A stretch of DNA of 55,767 bases, counting the filler, from Stramenopiles sp. TOSAG23-2 (Eukaryota): the NCBI GenBank assembly GCA_900128395.1. It is 4 parts of 4 records of this genome, joined end to end, with 100 filler letters (N's around TTAATTAATTAA, not from the genome) between each part and the next. Parts side by side here need not be neighbours in the genome. Positions count along the whole stretch, not along the records: positions 28,074 to 41,885 come from LT649783.1; positions 41,986 to 55,767 come from LT649784.1; 2 more parts are not named here. The stretch is one strand, 5' to 3'. Both the position numbers and the translations under genes were made by a program. Below, in pieces: positions 34,890-46,128 of the stretch. Below the pieces are notes generated by a model, which saw only the letters and a list, made by a program, of their open reading frames with translations, searched no databases and had not been told where the DNA came from. How positions within the stretch are numbered: the stretch's first letter is position 1; the number at the start of each line of letters is the position of its first letter.

Positions 34890-36395
34890 ATGCCGTCCAA
34901 AAAAAGAACATCATCGAATAGAAAAAAGCGTAGTACTACTATTAAAAAAAAGAATGATAAAAGTAATAACATGAAACAACGTCCAACAAATAAACCAACT
35001 GCATGGATGGATACAACAATACGAAATTGGTTAATAGCATTAAGACCATGGTCATTTCCAGCATCACTTCTACCAATTGCATTGGCTGGTACAATATTAT
35101 ATCAAGATAAAACTGTTGAAACATTATATACAGGAAGTTTCATATTATGCTTTTTAATCGTATTATCTTTACACGCAGCTGCAAATTTAACAAATACATA
35201 TTACGATTTTAAGCATGGCGTTGATGTGAAAGAAAGCGCAGATGACCGTGCATTAGTCGATAAAACAATCAGCCCACAGGCAGTATTTAATACAGCTTTG
35301 TGTTGTTTTGCTACTGGTATAGGAGCTGGAGTTGGATTGATACAATATGCAAATTTTAATGCTATTTATATCGTTGCAATTGCTGCTGTCTTAGCATTTT
35401 TTTATACGGCAGATCCATTAAGTTTAAAAGGATTAGGTTTAGGTGATATTATCATTTTTCTATGCTTTGGTCCTTTGTTGATGGCAGGGGTATCCCTTGC
35501 TTGTTGTGGCCATTTGGAAAATATGAATATATTGTATTATTCTGTACCAATTGGCTTATTAACGGTTGATATATTACATATCAATAATGAACGGGATGTA
35601 AAGGAAGATACAAGAGCTGGATTGAAAACGACGGCAATTTTATTGGGACGAAAATATAGTTACGTAATGCATTGCTTATTATTATTAATATCGTATGGTA
35701 TGGTATTATGGAAAGGTTATACGGAGAAAGATTATATGCAATTTATCGTGTTATTAACGGCTCCATGGGCATCATATGTTACAAGACGTTTCTCTGCGAA
35801 TACATTCCATGAATTGCCACAAAGAATTGCGCAACATAATTTAATGTTTGGTACTTTATTAGTATGTGCACTAAGCGAACGAATGTTTTTCGTACGTGTC
35901 ATGTTAACATGTTTATATTATTTAGGTGGAGTTAATAATATTATAATGTGGACATATAATATTGAATTAGTACATATGAAGATGACTAACGTATTTCCAT
36001 TTATACCAAAATGGTTTTCAAATATCATGTTTATATCTGCAATATTTTTACAATTAATACCATCAGTAATATTCATCCTAGGTTTTGAAACGAAATTAAT
36101 GGCTACAATATTATTAATATTTATAGTCCCGATAACGTTTATCGTACATGATATGTGGACCATAGAGCATGATAATCCAGCACATGATGCAAATATTTTA
36201 GAAATTAATGGTGCAAAAACACAAGTAATAAGCAGACACGTACCTATTTTTCCAACTGAATTTGATAATGAATTCGTACATTTTTTTAAAAATGTTGGAA
36301 TGATTGGTGGAATTGCATTATTTTTAACGTTGGAAGGTAATCATTTAACACAAGGTGATTTGTTACCAGATGGATGGTGGTTCAAATTGGTTTAA
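34890..36395 (+). CDS. UbiA prenyltransferase (UBIAD1/MenA-like) fused to a DoxX/SURF4-like domain
   Basis: ALRPWSF, NTYYDFKHGVD, DDRALVD, NNERDVKED..G.KT; C-terminal PITFIVHDMW...FFKNVGMIGG. Confidence 0.85.
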   Translation: MPSKKRTSSNRKKRSTTIKKKNDKSNNMKQRPTNKPTAWMDTTIRNWLIALRPWSFPASLLPIALAGTILYQDKTVETLYTGSFILCFLIVLSLHAAANLTNTYYDFKHGVDVKESADDRALVDKTISPQAVFNTALCCFATGIGAGVGLIQYANFNAIYIVAIAAVLAFFYTADPLSLKGLGLGDIIIFLCFGPLLMAGVSLACCGHLENMNILYYSVPIGLLTVDILHINNERDVKEDTRAGLKTTAILLGRKYSYVMHCLLLLISYGMVLWKGYTEKDYMQFIVLLTAPWASYVTRRFSANTFHELPQRIAQHNLMFGTLLVCALSERMFFVRVMLTCLYYLGGVNNIIMWTYNIELVHMKMTNVFPFIPKWFSNIMFISAIFLQLIPSVIFILGFETKLMATILLIFIVPITFIVHDMWTIEHDNPAHDANILEINGAKTQVISRHVPIFPTEFDNEFVHFFKNVGMIGGIALFLTLEGNHLTQGDLLPDGWWFKLV

Positions 36396-36601
36396 AAAAA
36401 AAAAAAAGGCAAAAATGGTTCTCTCGTAGAAATTGTATATTCTTTAATTAAAATAGATCTATCGATAGAGAGTTAGTAAAGTAAAAGTGAGGATGATCGT
36501 AATTTAAAAATAAAAATACTCGCGTACACTTTTTGTATTATTTTTTATTTTTATACGAACGCGCGTGCTGGCGTGCGTGCGCCGTCTATTTTTTTTATTT
36601 A

Positions 36602-37976
36602 TCAGCTACTATACCTTGCAAATATACTCCCATAACGACAACTTCCATTATCATTACCAATGATTTCAATTATACCTTCATCAATTGCTTGTTCGATAGC
36701 ACCACTTAAACTTTTTTCATCATCAACATCATCTATTATTAATAACGTATTTGCATGAGCAAATTTTTTACAAGTATATATATCAGAAAATGCAGTCTGT
36801 CATATGTATAAAATATATCAGTACACGTATTTGTTACGCAGAAAAGATAGTGTCAAATATATTCTGTTAGAGAGTATTTCATCCAAAAAACTAATGAAAA
36901 AATATCTTAGCTACTGGTATTATCTATAGAATACTTACATTATAATCATGCCCACCATCAATATGTATGATATCAACAAGTATTGGGGCAGCATTTACAA
37001 TAGTCTGCTTACTATCACCACACATTAATTTCATATTTACATGAGGGAATATACTTTTCACTATATTAAAATTCTTTTGTACATATGCATGTTGGCATAT
37101 ATCAAATTCAAACACCGTTTCAATTGATGGAATGTTATGAAGAAATAGACTCAAACTATGGCCAGCATTAAATCCAATTTCAAGAAATGATTTCGGAGCT
37201 TTGAATAGATTTATCATGCTTATAGCAAATATTTCACATTCACGTTTATTTTTACTCTTTGTTTCATCACCTTGAGAAGCATCTGACCATAAATTGCCTT
37301 CAATGTATCCCGATACTTTTCTTGCTTCATTGTCTAAACGTTCCATCGTAACCTTATATTTTTTTTCATTATGATTATAATTTGAACGTAATATATTTAC
37401 ACTATGAGCAATACTATTTTCATCATTATTTTTCCCATCATCATATTTTATACATAATCTTTTTAAACGTGTACATATACGTTTAAGTAAACGTTCCTCT
37501 ATTTCTTTCAAAAATGGATATTCTTTTACTAAATTCCTGATAACGTGATGCGGGTTGTCTTTGACTTTTACAACAATTTTTATTTCTATACTTTCTGTTT
37601 TCTCTTTTTCATGATTAATATTAATAGTTTCATCAAAAATAATATCATGTGGTTGACAAAGGCTATCACCAATGCAAACACGGTCTAATAAAGAAAATAA
37701 TGCATCTTCGTTAATAGCATATCTATTATAAAATTCACGTGTAACTTCAGCAGCATTTTCATTTTTATAAATTGTTAGGATCGCTTCAATTGGTTTATCT
37801 AAATTGAACCACGTAACTTTTTCTTGAAATACAATGGCATTGTTATTAGCATTATTACTATCAACATTGTCTTTTGCTACTATTTGGGTAACAGTAATTA
37901 GAAAAGTGAGTAATTGAAAGAGGCATGTATATATTGTAATTGGATGGTGTAGTGGTGGATGATGGATTATGCTCAT
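36602..37976 (-). CDS. Secreted or membrane-anchored class I methyltransferase (Methyltransf_24-like), intron 36797-36938
   Basis: Signal-like N-terminus; LEIGFNAGHS, GDS, IHIDGGHDY; spliced exon 2 reads TAFSDI..LLIIDD. Confidence 0.8.
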
Positions 37977-38412
37977 TTTCTGTGTATACTAATATGTGTT
38001 TTTTATATGCATGTATATTATTTGGATGGTAGATAGTAAGATGTAAGTGTTTTTATTGTATTTATTCTACAGTATTAGTATTTATGAAAGTCTTTCCATC
38101 ACGCACAGCACTTTTTTACAAAAAAAAACTGCAAAAAATGTAAATGCCACAACAAATAATAAATATACTCAGTTTCTTTTGGTGATGAAGAAATAGGAGG
38201 CAAAAAAAGACAAAATCTACTATACGAACGCGTAGTATAGAGTTTATATTTTTTATACCAAAAATATTATGATATGTGTGTGTAATATATATATTTATAT
38301 TCGTATATTATATATAATGTTAATATTATATGTGCAGAAATGATAAAACCTCCTTTCAATTTGCCTATAACTTGCATAAACACTCTAACTCACAGTACAT
38401 CACGCACCCTTT

Positions 38413-39780
38413 TTATTCAATTTCTTTCCTCTTCTTTAATTTTTGTTGTTGATGATAAGTTTCATATATATTTTTCTTATTACGAATATATTCATCTTTT
38501 CCACGGAAATCTAACCATGGTGAATATATTTCATCATCATCATTGTTTGAGGATGGTTTACCACTATAATTACCAACACGGGAATAATAATTATTAACCC
38601 ATGTTAAATTACCATTGAATGTATCAATTAATGCTTGAACTGCCAATTTTGGTTCATAATTTTCATCAAATAACAATGGATGTTGATCACTTCCAAGCCA
38701 TGTATATCGATCTGTAAACCCCCACATTTCATATGATTCACACATTTCTTCCTCTAAACATGCATTTAACAATGCAGCATACACTTCAGCTTGTTTTGTC
38801 TCTTCTTCCATACCCCATTCCAAACACGGCAATCCACCCGGGGAGCATGCTACATCTATTTCTGTCATATGCACCCAAAGTCCAAGTTCCCCTAAACGTC
38901 CCATATTTTTAATGACACCAGCAACAGATGGATAATTAATATCCACATGCAATTGTAAACCGACACCATCAATTGGAATATTTCTACCTTTCATTCCATA
39001 TACTAAATTATATACTAATTGTGATTTTCGAGCACTAAATCCAGTACTTGATGCAATGTTATAATCGTTGTAAAAAAGTTTTTCATTGCTATTACGTGAT
39101 AAATTGGCTTGTAAATACGCTTGGTCAACGTAATCTGGTACCATTGGATACCAATCATTATTTTTAAACATAGTTTCGTTGCTTAAATCTGTTACGGCTT
39201 CGTTTACAACATCCCAACAAAACGCTTTGCCGTCATAATGTTTCACTACAGTTTCGATATGTTTTTTCATCACTTGCGTCATCTCATCTTTTGAAAAATT
39301 ACTACTTGTTAGCCATGGTGGATTTAATTTGCCCCACACTAAATTATGACCACGCATCACTTGATTAGCACCTTGTGCATGTGATAATATGGTATCACAA
39401 TCCGTAAATTGAAAACTATTTTGTGTATACTCCGTTTCTGTAAATTTACAGCTATTTTCCGCAGTAACTAAACTAAACTGTGTACCAATAATCTCTTGAT
39501 ATTTGGGAGAAGCAGTCTTATTACTAAGTACTTGTATGTTTTCACATGAACCAAAATACTTCCCATGATCTTTTGCTAAGTCACGTAATGTTTTTACATC
39601 ATTTATCATCTTATTTATTGATGAGGAAGAGGGTATTGCTGAGGATGGCGTTGCTTTTGCTACATTTGTTACAAATAATAAATAATAACAAGAAAAAAAA
39701 TAACAACAATAATAAACATAATAATAAAAAATATGTTTACTTTGCAAAGACCATGATGATGTTTTATATATAAAATTCAT
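38413..39780 (-). CDS. Glycoside hydrolase family 10 endo-xylanase
   Basis: TAENSCK, RGHNLVW, WDVVNEA, YNDYN, IDGVGLQLH, TEIDV, WGFTD. Alternative upstream ATG at 39849. Confidence 0.93.
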   Translation of the reverse strand: MNFIYKTSSWSLQSKHIFYYYVYYCCYFFSCYYLLFVTNVAKATPSSAIPSSSSINKMINDVKTLRDLAKDHGKYFGSCENIQVLSNKTASPKYQEIIGTQFSLVTAENSCKFTETEYTQNSFQFTDCDTILSHAQGANQVMRGHNLVWGKLNPPWLTSSNFSKDEMTQVMKKHIETVVKHYDGKAFCWDVVNEAVTDLSNETMFKNNDWYPMVPDYVDQAYLQANLSRNSNEKLFYNDYNIASSTGFSARKSQLVYNLVYGMKGRNIPIDGVGLQLHVDINYPSVAGVIKNMGRLGELGLWVHMTEIDVACSPGGLPCLEWGMEEETKQAEVYAALLNACLEEEMCESYEMWGFTDRYTWLGSDQHPLLFDENYEPKLAVQALIDTFNGNLTWVNNYYSRVGNYSGKPSSNNDDDEIYSPWLDFRGKDEYIRNKKNIYETYHQQQKLKKRKEIE

Positions 39781-39959
39781 ATTGTTTGTTAATATTTCTA
39801 TATGAATTATTTTTGTAAAAAAAATATAATTGTCCATTCTTCTTTCCATTTTGTATCTCTTTCATTCCATTTTTTTTAATAAAAATTGTGATGTATTTAT
39901 TATGGATGATTGCGCGTTTTTTTCTGCTTTTTTTCTTCTGGCACTCTGTGTGTGCCGGA

Positions 39960-40208
39960 TCTATATGGCTTATTACATGCTATGCAGTGCTAAACATATT
40001 TTCAGCTATATTTTATTTTGGAAGCTTAGTATACAACAATATGTACTTAGAAACATTACATTGACCCGTATTTTATTATTGTGTTGTCTATCTATATGGC
40101 TTATTACATGCTATGCAGTGCTAAACATATTTTCAGCTATATTTTATTTTGGAAGCTTAGTATACAACAATATGTACTTAGAAACATTACATTGACCCGT
40201 ATTTTATT
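39960..40208. repeat. 131-bp tandem duplication
   Basis: tctatatggcttattacatgc... starts at 39960 and 40091. Confidence 0.92.
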
Positions 40209-40457
40209 GTGTTGTGTTGTGTATATTTCAGATTGAAGCAGAGAGAGAAAAAACAATTTGCACAAAATTTTCTTTATAAAAAATAAAATACGGGTTCGTA
40301 TATTTTATATTTATTATTACACTCGCGTTTAGACACTATAGTGTGTACACGTATTTCATTATACTCCTTCCCTCCCCCCCTCTTTCCATCTCTCTAAATA
40401 CAACTTTTAACTAACTTTTTGTAGATTATTTTATTATTGTTGTTGTTGTTACGAATA

Positions 40458-41747
40458 TTATTTATTGTTGACAAATCCAATTCGATATGTAATATCTTTA
40501 CTACGAAAAATGGAATGCATATTATCCCATTTAAAAATTAATGTACCAGGTTTTTCACATAAATATTTCCCATTTACCTCTTTATCATCTTCATTATCTG
40601 CATTTAATGTTGATTTATACAATGTTGTAGATATTTCATCGATATTCTTTTTCCCATCTTCCACTTCTTGTAAATCTTCCTTAAATTCTTCAAATGAAAC
40701 TTCAAAATATATGGTATAATATTTAATAGATGTAAACCATTCAATTTCCTTCCCTGGTGTATTTACATTTAATTTTACATAATGAATATCACGTCTACGA
40801 ACATTTACTTTGGTTGAACCGTGTTCATCTTTTGCAAATAATAGATCGAATGGTGTATCATTTTTCAAGCCACCCCAATATGCTGGTATTTGATCAATTT
40901 CCATCGATTCCAACAAAACAGGCATGAAATCTGTCCCAACAGCTCTTAATTTCTCTTTTGTTCGTGCTGGAATAAATGGTGACATGATTTTCCATGCTGC
41001 CATCGCAAGCCATCCATTTCCTAAACTAGTAATTCGTACACAACTTTCTGGATAATGTTGATTCCCTTCAAATACTTGTTCCAAAAATTTATAACATGGA
41101 CGATCAAATTGAAAATAACCAAATGTATTCACATTGATTATATCATGCCTACCAACACATGCATTTCGTTCTTTTGACAATCGATATAATTCAAAATTGT
41201 ACCATTCATCCATAGTATGAATATAATCTAAATACAATTCTTGTAGATTTAAACGTAAAATTTTTTTCATATTTAAATCACCAATTGATGTTACCGTAAC
41301 TAGGTTTCCAAACTTATCAAATGAATAGCATTCACGCATACCACGTGCAATTGCATCATGAATCGGTTTATATTTTGCATATTTATTTGGATATTCATAC
41401 TTGTTATCAATAACCATTTGACGGTTCTCATCAATATTATTTTCTATCCTAAATGCAACCATTTTATTATATGCTTCTACTGCTTCATCGACATTATTAG
41501 TATAACCCCTTAAAAAACGTATCATTTTATCATCTGATATATTTTCTTCTTGCAATGATAATGGTGGATTATTTAATATATCACTACCAATTCGTTCCCG
41601 CATCTCGCCAATCTTCTGTATTTCCTCTTCAGTTGCATGCGTTTTAACAAATATATCACTATATGTTGTTTTGCTTTTCAATCGATCCCATTCTTCCTTT
41701 TCCTCCTTTGTTTGTTGTGGACGTGCAGATGATACAAGACTTGCCAT
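40458..41747 (-). CDS. SEC14-like CRAL-TRIO plus GOLD domain lipid-binding protein
   Basis: IRFLRG, HYPE, WKIMSPFIPARTKEK, QIPAYWGG; GOLD motif PGTLIFKWDNMHSIFRSK. Confidence 0.9.
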   Translation of the reverse strand: MASLVSSARPQQTKEEKEEWDRLKSKTTYSDIFVKTHATEEEIQKIGEMRERIGSDILNNPPLSLQEENISDDKMIRFLRGYTNNVDEAVEAYNKMVAFRIENNIDENRQMVIDNKYEYPNKYAKYKPIHDAIARGMRECYSFDKFGNLVTVTSIGDLNMKKILRLNLQELYLDYIHTMDEWYNFELYRLSKERNACVGRHDIINVNTFGYFQFDRPCYKFLEQVFEGNQHYPESCVRITSLGNGWLAMAAWKIMSPFIPARTKEKLRAVGTDFMPVLLESMEIDQIPAYWGGLKNDTPFDLLFAKDEHGSTKVNVRRRDIHYVKLNVNTPGKEIEWFTSIKYYTIYFEVSFEEFKEDLQEVEDGKKNIDEISTTLYKSTLNADNEDDKEVNGKYLCEKPGTLIFKWDNMHSIFRSKDITYRIGFVNNK

Positions 41748-41885
41748 TTTTGCTGTTGTTTATTCAAATTACTATTTATATATTTATAAATGTATATGAG
41801 CGTTCTATTTATATATTTATAAATGTATATGAACGTTCTTTTCCCTGTATACTTATACTGCTACGTATTCATCAACGAATATCTA

Positions 41886-41985
41886 NNNNNNNNNNNNNNN
41901 NNNNNNNNNNNNNNNNNNNNNNNNNNNNNTTAATTAATTAANNNNNNNNNNNNNNNNNNNNNNNNNNNNNNNNNNNNNNNNNNNN
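41886..41985. other. Artificial contig linker
   Basis: N-run, TTAATTAATTAA, N-run. Confidence 0.97.
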
Positions 41986-42003
41986 AAGACGAAAAAAAAG
42001 AAG

Positions 42004-42801
42004 ATGTTAACGAAAATACTTATGCATCCAAAATGGAGGAGAAAGAGGAAGAAAAAAAGGAACCAAAGGAGGAGGAATATGAATATATATACAAAGAGCC
42101 AGAACGTTAAAACTTTTCGTAAAATCATTCGTGAAGTTGATACAGATCATAGTGGCGAAATTGACCAACTTGAATTTTTAATGGCAATACAAAAATTGCA
42201 TGAGGAAGATGTTAAGATACCATCAATTTCTGATCCTGGAAATCACCGTGGTGAAACGTTTGCCGCACTAGTTGAGAAAGCAGAGGAAAACTCCGCTACA
42301 TTGCAGCGAATGGTTGAAAGTATGTTTGCTAGCATTGATTCTGATGGAAGTGGTGCCATTACCGTAGATGAAATGGTTGGTGTTTTATTTCCACGTGCAC
42401 CAAAGGATGAATTGAAGGATATCCACATGTATTTGATGATGCCAGATACACCAAGATTTGAGGAAGATAAAGAAGGTGATGATTCTGATGAAGAAAAACC
42501 ATTGGCGCCGGAACATATCGAGGAACTAAGATTGTTATTCGATATGTATGACGAAGATGGTTCTGGTACTTTGGATCTGGAAGAGCTACGAAATGCAGTT
42601 AGTGGCAGTTTCCTATTCGATCAACCGGGCGCAGATAACATAAGTGCCGAAGCCAGTGCTGTCACTTCAACAGATTTTCAGCGTTACATTGAAGCAGCAG
42701 ATACGGACGGCGATGGTATTATAGACTTCGAAGAATGGGTCGAGATGATGAGACACATTTATGATACCGGTGGAGATGATGACTCATCATATTTATACTA
42801 G
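42004..42801 (+). CDS. EF-hand calcium-binding protein (5' end uncertain, near contig edge)
   Basis: Four EF loops: DTDHSGEIDQLE, DSDGSGAITVDE, DEDGSGTLDLEE, DTDGDGIIDFEE. Confidence 0.85.
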   Translation: MLTKILMHPKWRRKRKKKRNQRRRNMNIYTKSQNVKTFRKIIREVDTDHSGEIDQLEFLMAIQKLHEEDVKIPSISDPGNHRGETFAALVEKAEENSATLQRMVESMFASIDSDGSGAITVDEMVGVLFPRAPKDELKDIHMYLMMPDTPRFEEDKEGDDSDEEKPLAPEHIEELRLLFDMYDEDGSGTLDLEELRNAVSGSFLFDQPGADNISAEASAVTSTDFQRYIEAADTDGDGIIDFEEWVEMMRHIYDTGGDDDSSYLY

Positions 42802-43044
42802 GAGAGGAAAGAAAGTTCCACTTAAATTACATGATTTAACCGAAAAATAAACGTAGAAGTACGAGTAGAATACTCTCGTTTGTATTTTTTTTTATTTTTT
42901 ATAAAAATATAAAATCATTTACCATACATTTTTGTACACACACATAATTTTTTTATTAATACGGCTCGTATTTTTTTATAAATTATGACGTACGAGTACA
43001 TTATATATTATTTACGCATATAAATTTTATCCCCTTTTGATTTT

Positions 43045-44052
43045 TCAAAAATCGTCCATACCTCTACCCAACTTTGTAAATGAAAAATTGTGGTTTGTTG
43101 GATTTTTAATATCATTTTGACTGACAGTATCAAGTAACCATGTATGATTCACAACATATATATCATGGCCTTGCTCATATGATTTTGCTGCACGCACGGA
43201 CATTCCAACCTGTGGACAGATTAGGACGACTTTTTTTGGCCAATAATCTTGATCTACGTTGTCATCATAAGTGTCATTATTCATCTTCTTTGGTAGATCT
43301 TCCTCTTCAATGATTGTGGCTCCAGACAAATTACACAACTTAACCACTTTCTCTCTATCTAACCGGACTTGTTGAAAATTATGCCAAACGCATACTTTAT
43401 AACCATTTAATAGAGACCTAGAGCGGCTAGAATTAAAGTCTACCATGGATTCAAAATTATTCAACGGAAACCGTTTCAAACGCGATCTACGAGCACCACC
43501 CATTGGTAATATCAAACCACGTGTAGGCAAGTCTTCGAGTTTTGGTGTTGGATCTTTATCCCCACAGACAATTTCATATTGCTCCTCATCAACCCACTTG
43601 TTTTGCTTTAAACATTCGACGATCCAATCAATACTAATAATCCATGCTTGTACAGCAACACCATGAAAATATTTAATTGTTCGTCGACATTGAAGCGCTT
43701 TAATATTCGAACTTGCTTTTGTCGCAGTTCTGGTTATGACATGCGTGGTATGGATATCAACATCATTTTGAAGAGAAGGATTGTATTTTAATGCCCAACT
43801 TTTTGATAAAAAATCTTCAACTTGACCTTTTTGATCGTGAGATAGCATGGACGCAACAAAAACAGCTTTTTTAATGTAATTTGTATTGTTCCGATTACTG
43901 TCATCATTATCATTTGTTAGTACCATGTCTTCCTTCGGGTCATAGTCTTCATCACTATTATTCATAGTTTTTGGATTAATACCATTCTTGTGTGCGCCTT
44001 TCGTTACCCGACGTCGTTTACTTTCGATAACATTTTTATCTAAAACACGCAA
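43045..44052 (-). CDS. Tandem-BRCT protein (BRCA1/BARD1-like C-terminus), 5'-truncated
   Basis: TTHVI..CRRTIKYF.G..AWIISIDWI; second BRCT with LLNGYKV..SGA..VVNHTWLLDTVS. Confidence 0.8.
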   Translation of the reverse strand: MRVLDKNVIESKRRRVTKGAHKNGINPKTMNNSDEDYDPKEDMVLTNDNDDSNRNNTNYIKKAVFVASMLSHDQKGQVEDFLSKSWALKYNPSLQNDVDIHTTHVITRTATKASSNIKALQCRRTIKYFHGVAVQAWIISIDWIVECLKQNKWVDEEQYEIVCGDKDPTPKLEDLPTRGLILPMGGARRSRLKRFPLNNFESMVDFNSSRSRSLLNGYKVCVWHNFQQVRLDREKVVKLCNLSGATIIEEEDLPKKMNNDTYDDNVDQDYWPKKVVLICPQVGMSVRAAKSYEQGHDIYVVNHTWLLDTVSQNDIKNPTNHNFSFTKLGRGMDDF

Positions 44053-44055
44053 CTC

Positions 44056-46128
44056 ATGGCTTTCAACGTTTTTATTAGTAATAGTACTGCTATTATCACC
44101 GCCTCTATTTCGTTTCTGGTTGGCTGCATATGCAGTTGTCTTGCAGGTTATGTTGGGCTATGGATATCAGTTAGAACAAATGTCCGTGTTGCATCTGCAG
44201 CACGTCGTAGTTACATGGAATCGATCCAAGTTGCAATGCAAGGCGGGATGATTGCAGCAATTGTAGTAGTTGCATTGGTCGTTTCTGGCATATTGCTTTT
44301 GTATTTAATTTACGAAGATCTATTTGTTGGTGCAAATAATGTCGTATCACACTCGAATGAAGTACCAATTTTACTGGTTGGCTATGGGTTTGGCGCATCA
44401 TTCGTTGCATTATTTGCACAATTAGGGGGTGGTATTTATACAAAAGCAGCTGATGTTGGTGCTGATTTAGTTGGTAAAGTAGAAGCTTCCTTGCCAGAGG
44501 ATGATCCGAGAAATCCTGCTGTAATTGCCGATTTAGTTGGGGATAACGTTGGTGATTGTGCTGGTCGTGGTGCAGATTTATTTGAATCAATAGCAGCAGA
44601 GATCATTTCGGCTATGATTTTAGGTGGTACAATGGCAACACAAGCAAATGTTACCGGGACAGGATTTGTTATGTTTCCATTAGTTATTCATGCATTTGAT
44701 CTAATTGTTAGTAGTCTTGGATATTTCATGGTAAGCTCCCGTAGCCGTGGTGGCTTACACGATGGCAGTGCCGAACTTGGCACCCCATTAGATGTGTTAA
44801 AACGTGGATTTTTCGTTGCTGGTTTTTTCTCCCTCGGCACTTTTTCCTTTACTTGTAAATGGCTTTTATCAACAACGGAAGCTCCAGATGCATGGTGGCA
44901 TTTCATGTTATGCGGTTGGTACGGTATGGCCGCAGGTTATTTATCTGTATTTATTACAACGTATTACACATCGACTGAATATCGTCCAGTGCGTGATATT
45001 GCCGAAGCAAGTACATCAGGCCATGCAACTAATATTATCATGGGTATCAGTGTTGGCATGGAAAGCACTGCGATGCCAATGATTGTTGTTTCTATTGCAA
45101 TATTAGCATCATATTGGACTGGGGATTTGTCCGGTTTAAAAGATCCAAACAAAGAAGCTATCGGTGGATTGTTTGGCACTGCTGTGGCGACGATGGGTAT
45201 GCTTTCGACAGCAGTGTATGTATTAGGGATGGATTTCTTCGGTCCAATAGCTGATAATGCTGGTGGCATAGTTGAAATGAGTGATCAGCCTGCTCGTGTT
45301 CGAGATACTACGGATGAGCTGGATGCAGTTGGTAATACCACTAAAGCAGCAACGAAAGGGTTTGCCGTTTGTAGTGCTACATTAGCTGCTTTTTTATTGT
45401 TTTCTGCTTTTGAAGATGAAGTTGCTTCGTTGCGGAATGGTGAGCCATTAGGACCGATTGATATTTCAGTGCCTGAAATTTTTGTCGCTGGTATGTTGGG
45501 TGCTATGTTAATATTTTATTTTACCAGCATGACGTTAAGAGCGGTTGGAGATACGGCTGCGGAAGTTGTAGTTGAAGTGCGAAAACAATTTGAAGAAGAA
45601 CCGGGGATTTTGACTGGTGCTGTTCAGCCTGATTATCGCAGTTGCGTTACAATTGTAGCAAAAGCGAGTTTAAGAAAAATGATTAAACCTGGGTTATTAG
45701 TTGTTATCTTTCCTATTATAGTTGGCGTTGTTTTCCGTTTCCTTGGTGATACTCAAGGGAAGGATCCTTTAATGGGAGCAAAAGCCATATGTTCGTTTTT
45801 AATGTTTGCAACTGTTAGCGGTGTCTTATGCTCCTTATTTTTAAACAATGCAGGTGGCGCATGGGACAATGCAAAGAAGTTAATTGAGACGGGAGCATTT
45901 GGTGGCAAAGGCAGTGAAGCTCATAAAGCTGCAGTAACAGGGGATACTGTCGGGGACCCATTTAAAGATACAAGTGGACCAAGTTTACATGTTGTGATAA
46001 AATTGTTATCAACGATTACATTGGTAATGGCACCCATTTTTGTTAGCGTCGTTACGGGGAGTAAAGGTGGTGATGCTACTTCTCAAGTTACAAATCCAAA
46101 TTTACCAGCAATACCAACTGGTAATTAA
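44056..46128 (+). CDS. Membrane H+-translocating pyrophosphatase, K+-independent (AVP2-type), N-terminally truncated
   Basis: GGGIYTKAADVGADLVGKVE, EDDPRN, DNVGD, GNTTKA, GGAWDNAKK, GDTVGDPFKDT. Confidence 0.93.
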   Translation: MAFNVFISNSTAIITASISFLVGCICSCLAGYVGLWISVRTNVRVASAARRSYMESIQVAMQGGMIAAIVVVALVVSGILLLYLIYEDLFVGANNVVSHSNEVPILLVGYGFGASFVALFAQLGGGIYTKAADVGADLVGKVEASLPEDDPRNPAVIADLVGDNVGDCAGRGADLFESIAAEIISAMILGGTMATQANVTGTGFVMFPLVIHAFDLIVSSLGYFMVSSRSRGGLHDGSAELGTPLDVLKRGFFVAGFFSLGTFSFTCKWLLSTTEAPDAWWHFMLCGWYGMAAGYLSVFITTYYTSTEYRPVRDIAEASTSGHATNIIMGISVGMESTAMPMIVVSIAILASYWTGDLSGLKDPNKEAIGGLFGTAVATMGMLSTAVYVLGMDFFGPIADNAGGIVEMSDQPARVRDTTDELDAVGNTTKAATKGFAVCSATLAAFLLFSAFEDEVASLRNGEPLGPIDISVPEIFVAGMLGAMLIFYFTSMTLRAVGDTAAEVVVEVRKQFEEEPGILTGAVQPDYRSCVTIVAKASLRKMIKPGLLVVIFPIIVGVVFRFLGDTQGKDPLMGAKAICSFLMFATVSGVLCSLFLNNAGGAWDNAKKLIETGAFGGKGSEAHKAAVTGDTVGDPFKDTSGPSLHVVIKLLSTITLVMAPIFVSVVTGSKGGDATSQVTNPNLPAIPTGN

